From Victivallales bacterium (lineage in GTDB: Bacteria > Verrucomicrobiota > Lentisphaeria > Victivallales > UBA1829), in contig JAZUCU010000019.1 in NCBI GenBank assembly GCA_045639325.1, positions 1-64,000 of the forward strand: a stretch of 64,000 bases of DNA. Reading direction: 5' to 3'. The notes under the pieces were generated by a model that was not told the origin of the DNA, ran no database searches, and saw nothing but the letters and a program-made list of their open reading frames with translations. Of the stretch, positions 35,191-45,000 are shown piece by piece (within the stretch, counting starts at the first letter, position 1; every line of letters starts with the position of its first letter). The translations under genes were made by a program, and so were the position numbers.

Positions 35191-37911
35191 ATGAAAAAAA
35201 TCTTCCTCTGTACGTTGTTATCCGCCATTCCTTTGCTTCTTGCCGCAGGGTTTGAAGTAAAGGATGATACCTTGATCGTAACCACATCCGCAATGACGGT
35301 CAAAATGGATTTGAATTTCGGTATGATCACATCCATTGCAACACGCGACGGCGACTCCTTCTGCGGGCAGAATGTCCCCCTTGCAGATTTGCCGTTCCGG
35401 AAATCCATGGTTCCCTCCGGCGATGACAAGGGCAAAGTCCGCAAAATCAACAAGAATTCTGCAATTGTCGAATTCAATATGGAAAACGGCGGAGTACTCT
35501 ATCATGAATTCGTGACGGAGAAAGAAGATATTCTGCTGCGGACCGGTGTTAAAAACATCGATCTGAAGAAACGCGGGGAATCCATCGACGTCCACCTGGT
35601 CTATCTGAAACCGGATGCCGTCATCACAGGCAAAGGCAGCAAAACGTTGCGGAAAGAACCTGCCCGCAGTGAAATGCTGCTCTGGCCGGGGTCCTCCTTC
35701 TATTTCCCCCGGGTCGTCATGCTGGAAAATCAAAAGAACTGTTTGATGATTTATAATGAATCCGCACAGCCTTATCACAACGTCATGTTCTATCATGAAC
35801 CGGAAGCCGATCACATTATACTGCGCAGCGGTGATATCGGCTTGCTCCAGCGGACGGGTGTAACCCTTCTCGATTCGAAAAATTATCAGTCCAAATTCTG
35901 GCGTTTTTCTGTGCATAGCGACTGGGCGGCAGCAGCCCGTTACTGGCGGAAAGAATTTGAAAAACGTACCGGCGCACGCCCCCTGTGGAAAAACAAGTCA
36001 AGCGTTGCCCGCAAGATTCATGCGGTCTACACCGGCGCCCCCAATCTTCTGTGGAAGGAAACGCCGGAAGAATATTACAAAAAACTGGCATCCGAATTCA
36101 ATCCGGAAAACCTGCTGCTGCTTTACTGGAACGCCAATTCCATCGTGACCCTCTGCGATCACACCTATACATTGAAACCCAATCCCACACAGGGCATGAA
36201 AGATGTGTTCCGTAAACTTGGCTTCCAGTGGATGGGCTTCCATGGCTATACTCTGGTCTGTAATGAATCCGCCATTGATCAGCGGCACGCACCTTATAAG
36301 CGCAATAAATCCTTCCCTGCCAATTATAAATTCAATCCGGATTATCAGGGTAAACCGGAAGACTTTTATAAAAATATGGATCCCTACCTGTCCCGCCGCA
36401 GCGGACCGCTGGCAATGCTCAACCCGGCGTCGAAATACGTAGCGGATTACCTGGTACGCAACATCAATAATTACGTAAAACATCACGATGCCATCGGCTG
36501 TTATCTGGATATCTCCGGTGCCGTTCATTATGCGTTGAAACCGGGCAAGATCGTGTTTGACGGCAGAACCTATACCGAGGGCGATACCGAAGTTTTCCGC
36601 CGTCTCCGGGAAGCAAATCCGGAATTGCTCACCATGACCGAATACAGCGGGGAATGGATCATTCCGTATAACTTCTATATCTGGCAGTCCGGCACCGTCT
36701 TCCGCAAAGAAAAAATCCGCATCAATCACCCGATTCGCGCAGCATTGATCGGTTCTTATGTCTGGACACGTGAAAAAACGACGGACGATTACCCGTTGAA
36801 GAATGCATATTATGCCACTCTGCCGGAAGTTGTAGCCGGTTACGGCAGCAAAAATCTGGAAAGCAGCTTGTACTATCCCTGGTACGTGGAACGTGCAAAA
36901 CTGTTCGTACGGGAAAAATTGTTCAACGATATTCCTCCCGGAAAATGGGATCCCGATGTGTTGGCATATTACCGTTCCGAAAAGAATGGTTACTTCCAGT
37001 TCCGCAAAACAAAAACCGGATATGCCTATACCGATGCAAAGGGTAACGAACTCCTCGGTATTTATGAAAATGTAACAAAAGGCAATAAGAATTTTTATGT
37101 CTCCGACTGGTTTGCTTACGATCCCGCAGGCTGTGCCATCGGCTTGAATCCGGCAAAGTCTTACAAATTCGTCAAGACTCCCGAAAAATTACCCTTCGTC
37201 ATCACAAATCTGTCAAAGGATATTTACCTGGATCAGATCAGAAGCAATAAGAATTGGACAACCATCATTCTTGACTCCAAGAAAGCCAAGGCTGCAGACT
37301 TCAGCGTCAAATTCAATGCTGCTCCCGTAAAAGTTCTGCTCAATGGTAAAGAAATCAAAGTTGACGGTAAAGAGTTGAAAACCTCCGCCGCCCTCCCTGC
37401 AGCATTGATTGTTTATCATAAGAAACCAGTCGTTGCGGCACCGGAAAAATTGCTGACCCGCACAAACTGGGAAAAAGGTTTTATCGGCGAAAATGGATTG
37501 TTTGAATCTCATGGTTATCGCGGTTATTACTTCAACTGGGACCAGACATTCAACCATTTCACAGCGAACAAAGTCAAGAAAACATCGCTTAATATGGGCT
37601 GTGGCCATTACAGTTCCTACAACGAAAAACTCGTAAAGATTCCTGCTGGCGCAACAAAGATGAAGCTGGGTTATGCGTTGAACAACACAACCAAACAGCC
37701 GATGATCCTGACCGTATCCGCCAACGGAATCAAACTGGCAGATTTGACCATTCAGAGTAAAGATGCCTGGCAGAATGCAGAATTTGATATTGCGAAATTT
37801 GCCGGACAGGATACCATTGTGACAATCACATTCCGTTATCCGACCATCAAAGATTCCAAAACTGCCAACACGAACAACGTTCTGCACGTTTCAGAAATAT
37901 CTTTTGAATAA
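35191..37911 (+). CDS. secreted 906-aa protein of unknown family (paralog of 46061-48802), glycosidase-like by context
   Basis: Signal peptide MKKIFLCTLLSAIPLLLAAG. Long conserved blocks shared with the 913-aa paralog. C-terminal beta-rich module of about 150 aa. Confidence 0.7.
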   Translation: MKKIFLCTLLSAIPLLLAAGFEVKDDTLIVTTSAMTVKMDLNFGMITSIATRDGDSFCGQNVPLADLPFRKSMVPSGDDKGKVRKINKNSAIVEFNMENGGVLYHEFVTEKEDILLRTGVKNIDLKKRGESIDVHLVYLKPDAVITGKGSKTLRKEPARSEMLLWPGSSFYFPRVVMLENQKNCLMIYNESAQPYHNVMFYHEPEADHIILRSGDIGLLQRTGVTLLDSKNYQSKFWRFSVHSDWAAAARYWRKEFEKRTGARPLWKNKSSVARKIHAVYTGAPNLLWKETPEEYYKKLASEFNPENLLLLYWNANSIVTLCDHTYTLKPNPTQGMKDVFRKLGFQWMGFHGYTLVCNESAIDQRHAPYKRNKSFPANYKFNPDYQGKPEDFYKNMDPYLSRRSGPLAMLNPASKYVADYLVRNINNYVKHHDAIGCYLDISGAVHYALKPGKIVFDGRTYTEGDTEVFRRLREANPELLTMTEYSGEWIIPYNFYIWQSGTVFRKEKIRINHPIRAALIGSYVWTREKTTDDYPLKNAYYATLPEVVAGYGSKNLESSLYYPWYVERAKLFVREKLFNDIPPGKWDPDVLAYYRSEKNGYFQFRKTKTGYAYTDAKGNELLGIYENVTKGNKNFYVSDWFAYDPAGCAIGLNPAKSYKFVKTPEKLPFVITNLSKDIYLDQIRSNKNWTTIILDSKKAKAADFSVKFNAAPVKVLLNGKEIKVDGKELKTSAALPAALIVYHKKPVVAAPEKLLTRTNWEKGFIGENGLFESHGYRGYYFNWDQTFNHFTANKVKKTSLNMGCGHYSSYNEKLVKIPAGATKMKLGYALNNTTKQPMILTVSANGIKLADLTIQSKDAWQNAEFDIAKFAGQDTIVTITFRYPTIKDSKTANTNNVLHVSEISFE

Positions 37912-37923
37912 TGTGTTAAAAAA

Positions 37924-37955
37924 GCCCGGACTATTGAAAAAATATAGTTCCGGGC
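37924..37955 (+). terminator. hairpin after the 906-aa gene (possible terminator, no U-tract)
   Basis: GCCCGGA(CT)/(AG)tTCCGGGC stem of 7-9 bp with a 13-nt loop. Preceded by an A-run but not followed by a T-run. Confidence 0.3.
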
Positions 37956-38056
37956 AATCTTCCAAAACCGGCAGCATAATAGAACCGTTTTTTGGGATGC
38001 AAGTTATAGTCTACGGAAGAAAAGACAGTAAAATCGTAAAAAAAAAGTCAGAGGGT

Positions 38057-38084
38057 CTTGACTTTTTCGCGGTTTTGATTATAT
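38057..38084 (+). promoter_or_regulatory. putative promoter of the pseudopilin-led 15-kb operon
   Basis: TTGACT-N16-TATATT in the only large gap (223 nt) of the locus. Confidence 0.5.
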
Positions 38085-38134
38085 TTACCTAAGAGTGATA
38101 AAAATCAGCCCATTACAAAAGGAAATCATAGAAA

Positions 38135-38845
38135 ATGTTAAAACGGAAATTCACCCTGATCGAATTACTTGTTGTGATTGCCATTATCGCTATTCTTGCC
38201 GCAATGCTCATGCCCGCATTGTCAAAAGTAAAGGAAACCGGTAAAATGGCAAAATGTGTTTCCAATCAAAAACAGATCATGCTTATATTCGCCAATTATA
38301 CCAACTCCAGCGACGGGTGGCTCGTCCCTGCACGTGAGAAAAACGACGCTGGATTTGTTTTCCACGGAGAGATCTTGAGAAATCAGGGTGTTTTCAAAGG
38401 TGCGACAACGTTAGGACAGAAAATCAACGGTCTCCATTCGGCACAACAACTTATGAGAGAGGACATTCAGCTGTATTACTGTCCCGCGCAGCCGAAAATT
38501 CCGGATTATTTCTCCTATTGTGTCAATGAACGGCTCTGCGGAATGTATGAAAACAAAAGCTCTGGCATTAAAAATATCAAAAAAGAATCGGAAATCAAAC
38601 GTCCTTCCAGTATTTTTTATCTGGCGGATGCGGGAAAAGATCAAGATACAGAAACAAAAACAGCGTCCAGTGTTACTTCTCTTTACATTTACAGCATTGA
38701 TTTTCCCCAATCCGGTTACGGTGGCGTAGCATACCGGCACAGTAAAAAAGCCAATATGAGCTATATTGACCTGCATGTAAGCCAGGTGACCGTGAAAGAT
38801 GTTCCCTCTGATTACAGCAAGGCTCCCTGGCAAAACAAATACTAA
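38135..38845 (+). CDS. prepilin-type N-terminal methylation-domain protein with C-terminal H-X9-D motif (pseudopilin-like)
   Basis: [29 protein letters not shown], then C..SN.KQ, then C-terminal [15 protein letters not shown]. Position -1 is Lys instead of the canonical Gly. Confidence 0.85.
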   Translation: MLKRKFTLIELLVVIAIIAILAAMLMPALSKVKETGKMAKCVSNQKQIMLIFANYTNSSDGWLVPAREKNDAGFVFHGEILRNQGVFKGATTLGQKINGLHSAQQLMREDIQLYYCPAQPKIPDYFSYCVNERLCGMYENKSSGIKNIKKESEIKRPSSIFYLADAGKDQDTETKTASSVTSLYIYSIDFPQSGYGGVAYRHSKKANMSYIDLHVSQVTVKDVPSDYSKAPWQNKY

Positions 38846-38871
38846 AGTAATTCAACGGAGAAAAAAGCGAA

Positions 38872-39570
38872 ATGAAAAAGCAAAAAACATTCACCTTGAT
38901 TGAACTGTTGGTCGTCATCGCTATCATCGCCATTCTTGCCGCCATGCTTCTGCCTGCACTGGGTAAAACAAAAGAAACAGCAAAACGCGCCACCTGTATT
39001 TCTAACATCAAACAGAACATGGTCATGTTTTCTCAATACGCACAGGTGTCGAACAGCTGGCTGATGCCCGCCTATGTAAAAAATGAACAAAGCCAAATGC
39101 TTAAACCGACAGAAGTCCTGAGAAATCTCGGTTTATTCAAGGGGAATGTGTCATTGAGCAAAAATATCAACTACAAAGGGCATGTCGATATCCGCACCTG
39201 GTATTGCCCGGCACAGCCTGTTGTTCCGGATCAGCTTTCTGTCGCAATCAACGGTCAACTCTGGACCTATTTTGATCATACACAAAAAGATATCCGGGGT
39301 AGAAAAGAATCCTTTATGGTACACCCCAGTTTGTTGATGATGCACGCTGACACCACGCAATTGGCAGCAAAAACAAACAATACGCCATCCAGTGCAACCA
39401 ACATTTATGACTCTTATCCGAAATCTGCAAACGGCGGCGTGGATTACCGGCATAACAATTATGCCGTATTCGGCTTTGTCGATATGCACGTCGGAATGTG
39501 GAAGGCAAACATGGATACCAATTACAACGCCCATCCCTGGAGCTGGCGTGGCGGGTGTCGTCCCTGGTAA
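38872..39570 (+). CDS. prepilin-type N-terminal methylation-domain protein with C-terminal H-X9-D motif (pseudopilin-like)
   Basis: [30 protein letters not shown], then C-terminal [15 protein letters not shown]. Position -1 is Thr. Shares CPAQP and LRN.G.FKG blocks with the upstream paralog. Confidence 0.85.
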   Translation: MKKQKTFTLIELLVVIAIIAILAAMLLPALGKTKETAKRATCISNIKQNMVMFSQYAQVSNSWLMPAYVKNEQSQMLKPTEVLRNLGLFKGNVSLSKNINYKGHVDIRTWYCPAQPVVPDQLSVAINGQLWTYFDHTQKDIRGRKESFMVHPSLLMMHADTTQLAAKTNNTPSSATNIYDSYPKSANGGVDYRHNNYAVFGFVDMHVGMWKANMDTNYNAHPWSWRGGCRPW

Positions 39571-39606
39571 GGCTTTTCATAATCTGCAACTGAGAAAAGA
39601 AATAAC

Positions 39607-42009
39607 ATGCCGATTTATACTGAAATAAAAAACGGTTTCCCGCTGGAGCATCTCACATTCGGGAGAAACGAGATTTCCATTGCGATGGAAAGCAACGGTG
39701 GAATCGATTGTTTTCAGCTTCTGGATCATGAAACGTTCGGCACAAAAACCTATTATGAACGGGGCCGACTCCATATTTTCTCCCGTACCGCCGGTTCCAG
39801 TATGGGCAGAACATTGTATGGACCGGGCGTCCGCTTTCTCTCTCAAGTCGATGGCAGGGCATATATTCTGCGTCCGCTGAACGGGATACATTTACCTTAC
39901 GGGTTGCGCACCACACAGCAGGAAGACGGCTTGGATGCCAGTTACTCCATGCGGATCGGTGACAATGCCATTGCGTTTGAATTCGGCTGCAAAAATGCGC
40001 TGCGGGAACAGTTCATGGTCATGGTCAGTAAACTGCACTTTGCCGATCAGGAAACGTATTCCGCAAAAAATCAATATGCCTGCACCAACGGCGAATGGGG
40101 CATTCACTGGCTGCCTGCAAAATACCGGGAACCCGATTTTGACCCGATGCTCCCCTTCCCCGATGATTATAAAATGCAATTAAAATGGGATAATTTTTAT
40201 TTCAAAGATCATGCACTGATTCTTGCGGGCACACTGTCTTTTCTCTATGGCAGCCATCCGCTGTATATCGTGATGAAAGGAGATGCGCCACTGGAGCTCC
40301 GGGAAAAGAAAGATCAATGGAATCTTGTCGCCCCCTGGGACGAAAGCGGCAATGTCCGATTTGCCATCGCATACGGCAGAAGTGAAGAAGAAGCAATCCA
40401 TTTTGCGGATGATGCCGTAACATTGTACGCGGAACGGGAAGCGGCGGATGATCAGGAAAACGAAATCTTCCAGTCCTTGGCTCCGGAATGTAAAATTGAT
40501 GATCTGCCCGAAGCGACACATTTCATCAACATTGTCCCGCTCCATCAGAATGCATTGCTGCTAGGAGAAAATGAGAAAGAAGCGGCGATCCGTGCTGCTA
40601 CTCATAAGTTTGGATATTTTGCGTTGTGGGATCACATTTACCCCATTCGCGACTTTCTCATGGCTGGACGTTTTGATGTTGCAAAAAAGCTGCTTACGTA
40701 CCTGCTTGATTACCCCCATATACGGACGGCATTGTGGTCGACACTGCAAATGATTGTCGCCATGAATGAATATCAGGCATATCACAAAGATCCGGAATTT
40801 CTGAAAACCGCATGGCATACTTTCAAGGACTGGTTTGATTTTTCCTGTACTCTCACAGAATCCGATACGGGGCTGGTCAGATTCTCCCTGAGCATGGGTT
40901 GCGATAATCCTGCAGAACTGGGCGGCTCGGAATTGTTCACGGCATCTGACATGAACGGCTGGTGGTATAACACCTGTCGCGTTATGGAAAACTTCGGTTA
41001 TGAAATGGAAGATTTGGCAACTGCTGAACGGGCAGCCGCGATCTCCGCAAAAATCGAAGAACATTTTCTGGAAAAATTCTATGAGCCGGAAACCGGTTAT
41101 CTTACGGCAATCCCACTCGGGGAAGAAAACATTTTCCACAATTCCGCAACCGAAACTATCGAATATCCTTACAGCCGGAAACTGTTGCGGAACGTACTCA
41201 AGCCCATCGCCGATTATCAGGCAAAACAGCTGTATCATCCGTTGGGACACCTGGCGGTTTCCTGGGATGGCAATGTCAACTGCGAAATGTGGCGGTACGT
41301 CCGCATGAATCAGCACGTGGGCCACGAATGTAAAATTGCCCGTTATGCCGGAAATTCCGCCGAAGCCAAACGGATCATCAACGGTTATCTGGACTATTAT
41401 AAACGCACCCTGAATGCGGTTGAAACATTCAATTATTTCGGTTGCGATGGCAACGTACATGAACTGGCAGACTGGCAGGCATTTTCCGCTACCGCCGCAC
41501 AACATGGCATCTTTGCCGGAGTCTGCGGACTCTTCTGGCATCAGGGCGGACTCTGTTACACGCCTGCAAAGGATTCCGGAAAAATCACAATCAAACGGTT
41601 CCACATCAAAGATGCGGTTTTCGATATTGAAATCACTGGTTCCGGTGCTTATACGTCGGCAATCGAACTGAACGGAACAATATTGAATGGCACTATGCAG
41701 ATTCCGGCGGAACTGATCCGGGAAGAAAACACACTCAAAATCACAAGATCGGATATACCTTTTACCCGTCCGGTTCTGCTTTACGCCCTCGACCTTGCAA
41801 TCAGCGATTTGCAGTCGGATGCAAAAACAGTGTCCTTTACGGCGGAAAAAACGATTCATACGGATATTCAATTCTATGTTCCCAATCCGGTGCAGAAATT
41901 CACCTGCAACGGAAAAGAGATGGAGTTTGAATACAATGCGGAAACGTATAACGTGATATTCAGCGGCGTACTGCATGCCGGTGACCGGATAGAGCTTATT
42001 ACAAATTAA
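39607..42009 (+). CDS. cytoplasmic 800-aa protein of unknown family, possibly (alpha/alpha)6-barrel glycosidase-like
   Basis: No signal peptide. The central helical region (GYFALWDHIYPIRDFLMAGRFDVAKKLLTYLLDY...) resembles six-hairpin glycosidase folds; this is inference only. Confidence 0.6.
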   Translation: MPIYTEIKNGFPLEHLTFGRNEISIAMESNGGIDCFQLLDHETFGTKTYYERGRLHIFSRTAGSSMGRTLYGPGVRFLSQVDGRAYILRPLNGIHLPYGLRTTQQEDGLDASYSMRIGDNAIAFEFGCKNALREQFMVMVSKLHFADQETYSAKNQYACTNGEWGIHWLPAKYREPDFDPMLPFPDDYKMQLKWDNFYFKDHALILAGTLSFLYGSHPLYIVMKGDAPLELREKKDQWNLVAPWDESGNVRFAIAYGRSEEEAIHFADDAVTLYAEREAADDQENEIFQSLAPECKIDDLPEATHFINIVPLHQNALLLGENEKEAAIRAATHKFGYFALWDHIYPIRDFLMAGRFDVAKKLLTYLLDYPHIRTALWSTLQMIVAMNEYQAYHKDPEFLKTAWHTFKDWFDFSCTLTESDTGLVRFSLSMGCDNPAELGGSELFTASDMNGWWYNTCRVMENFGYEMEDLATAERAAAISAKIEEHFLEKFYEPETGYLTAIPLGEENIFHNSATETIEYPYSRKLLRNVLKPIADYQAKQLYHPLGHLAVSWDGNVNCEMWRYVRMNQHVGHECKIARYAGNSAEAKRIINGYLDYYKRTLNAVETFNYFGCDGNVHELADWQAFSATAAQHGIFAGVCGLFWHQGGLCYTPAKDSGKITIKRFHIKDAVFDIEITGSGAYTSAIELNGTILNGTMQIPAELIREENTLKITRSDIPFTRPVLLYALDLAISDLQSDAKTVSFTAEKTIHTDIQFYVPNPVQKFTCNGKEMEFEYNAETYNVIFSGVLHAGDRIELITN

Positions 42010-42045
42010 TTAAACATATAAAAGAACAAGAACAGGAGAAAGAAC

Positions 42046-45000
42046 ATGAAGAAAAGAAGTCTGATTTTCAGCCTTTTCGCCGTTTCTTTTGCGTTATTTG
42101 CAAAAGATCCGCAATTCATTATCCCCAAAATCAAAAAAGCACCCGTTATTGACGGACAGATGATGCCCGGCGAATGGCAGAACGCCAACGCCATGACCAT
42201 GTTCGGATGCTACAACACACGCGGTCTCTTCAATCTGGAACAGCCCATGTTCTATACTGCGTGGGATGATAAATACATTTATGTCGCAATGGATTGCCGC
42301 GAAAGTACCGGCAACCGGATCGCCGCAGGTACAGTCCGTAACGACTTTGCTTCCGTTGTCGGCGATGACTGCGTGGAATTGATGTTTGCCGCAGGTACGG
42401 GGAAAAAGATTCTGGACCCCGATTTTCACACTTACTACATTGCATTGAATCATTTGGGGGCAGTTTGGGATGCCATGTTCAAACCCCAGCGGAATGAATG
42501 TCACAACACCTGGCAGAGCGGAATCGAAGTCAAATCCACGGTCAGCGGAACCCGCTGGGTCATGGAATGTCGCGTCCCCATCAAGAGTGTCACACTTTCT
42601 GATGTTACACCGGGCACAAAATGGCGTTCCAACCTCTGCCGTACCTTCTACCGTTATGTCTGGGTGGCATTGAATCCCGCCGGAGCATTGAACGATGCCC
42701 GTATCGGTGCGGATATGACATTCGGCGATGAAAAAACACCGGTTGTCCGCATGAGCTCCATTGATAACTTTTTCAATGCAACATCGCAAATCGAACTGGA
42801 AATCTACAATCCTTCTGATAAACCTGTGACATTGACCGCCGCCCTGACCGGAGAAAGCCGGGAAAGCGAAGGCGCAAAAGAATTCAAGGAAATCAATCAT
42901 ACCGCAAAAGTGACCTTGAAACCGGGCGAAAGAAAACAGGGTATCATGCTCGGTTCCAAAGCAAAACTCAACTGGTACAACGATGTCGTTCTCTCTGTAA
43001 AAGATGAAAAAGGCAATGCCCTTCTGGAAATCCCGCGTAAAATCGCAATTCCGGCACTGCGTCTCAAACGCATGATCGCGCCCGATACGCCGTCCGTGCT
43101 GGTTGATACCGTTTATTATCATTCCCATGACCGCATCGACATCCGCTTCAACATCAAGAACTGGATGGAACGCAGCGGCGTGGATAAAGGTTCCTTCCTT
43201 GCCGATATCCTCATTACCGAAAAGAAAAACAAAGTCCAGCCCATCAAAGTACAATTCGATAAATTCAATGCTGGTACTGCCACCTGGTCCATGTCCACAA
43301 AAGAATTGCCGGAAGGTGATTATGATATTGTGATCGACATCACATCCAAAGGCAAAAACGTACAGAAGGAAAGCGACTGGTTTGAAAAACGCAATTTCGC
43401 ATGGCAGAATAAACCGATTCTGCCCGCCAATGTGGTTCCCGCTCCTTATGAACCCCTGAAAGCAAAAGGCAATGTTCTGACTCTCTGGGGCCGCGAATAC
43501 CGTTTCGCACCCAATGGTTTCCCGGTTGACCTGATCACACAGAAAAAAGATTATGTCATCGGCGACCCGGTTCTCTATTTGACACGTAACGGCAAGGAAT
43601 TCCCCCTGGAAGTTTCCAAACCGTTCCAGTTTACAGAAGTCACACCCCGCAAAGTAACCGGGAAAGCGACGCTGAAAGGTGGCGGTTTGACATTCGATAT
43701 TATCGCGACCACTGAATATGACGGTTTCATTCTCTACAATCTGGTCTGCAAAAGCGGCTGGTTCTCCAAAGATCTGGATCGCTTGCGTTTGAAAATGCCG
43801 CTGGATGGCAACTACATCAAGTTCCTTTCCGCCAGCGGTGATACAACCGGCGTCAGCATCCCGGGCAAAGTCATTCCTCCCGGAGACGGCAGAATTTATG
43901 ACAGTATGACGGATACCCGCAGTGTGGTCATGACACCCTCCTTCGCCTCCATGCTGTGGCTTGGCGATCATGACATTTCTTTCTGCTATGCCGCGGATTC
44001 TGACAAAGACTGGATTCTGCGCAAAGACAAACCGGCAGTGGAAATTTACCGGAAAGGCAGAAACGTTGATCTCTACATTAATTTTGTAGATAAAGCAGCG
44101 AAACTGGAAAAAACACATACTATGGAATTTGCTTTCCAGACCGGACCGACAAAACCCCGTCCGGCAAACTGGCGTGAATTCCAGGATTGCACAAACAATC
44201 AGGTCGGCGCACCCGGCGCTCCGAAATATCGTGTTCAGATCGGCGGTGACGGTTTCACCACACACGGCGGAACCCACTCTCTCCACCCCGGAACGACACC
44301 TGAACTGCAGAAACAGTCTAAAGAAAAAATCGAAAAACTCCAGCAGCGCGGCAAACCGGGTCAGGTTCACGTTGTCGGCTACCAGTATTGGGGTTACACA
44401 GTCAAAGGTTTCCCGGAAGCTCGCGTTTTCCGCGGGGAATGGGGTATCAGCGCAAAAGCATGGCAGGGCGGCACGTTCGACAGCAGCAAATGGGGTCGCA
44501 AAACGTACGGTCTGAACCGTGACAATTATTACTACATCCATGCGCCGAAATACAGTCCCAGCTACATTGACTTTCTGACTCATGCCTACGACGGCACTCT
44601 TGCCGTGACCAATCTGTACGGATTCTATGATGACGTGGGTTACCCGCGCCCGGTTTACAATCCGGAATTCGGCTACGGTCATATCAAGGACGGTCTGGAA
44701 CATTATTCCTCCGGCATCTGGCTGTACCGCAAACGCTGGAAAGCAGCGGCAGAAGTCAATGCAAAACACAACCGTCTGAACCTGCTTGGTGATACACAGC
44801 ATCTGCACTCCCACTTCATGCCCGCCTACAACTTCATCGGCGTATTTGCCCCGTGCGAACAGGGTTATTACAACCCCTTCCCGGAAAAAGATGCTTTTGA
44901 ATTCTACGGTTCCATGGAAAATTATGCCGCAATGAACCCGGCAAAACAGACGGGGCAGATTCCGATTATCGGTCTCTCTTCTGCGAATAAGGATTTTGCT

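Noticed and set aside
37962-37995. Second candidate terminator CCAAAACCGG...CCGTTTTTTGG after the 906-aa gene
   Set aside because: Pairing is interrupted (6 A:T-rich bp + internal loop + 3 bp). It is too weak to call.
38041-38066. A/T-rich hairpin AAAAAGTCA-GAGGGTCT-TGACTTTTT as a terminator or as a relative of the AAAAGTC/GACTTTT palindrome termini
   Set aside because: The stem has only four non-A:T pairs and overlaps the predicted -35 box (TTGACT) of the pseudopilin operon. Its resemblance to the 56899/57041 termini is limited to 7 nt, which is not significant.
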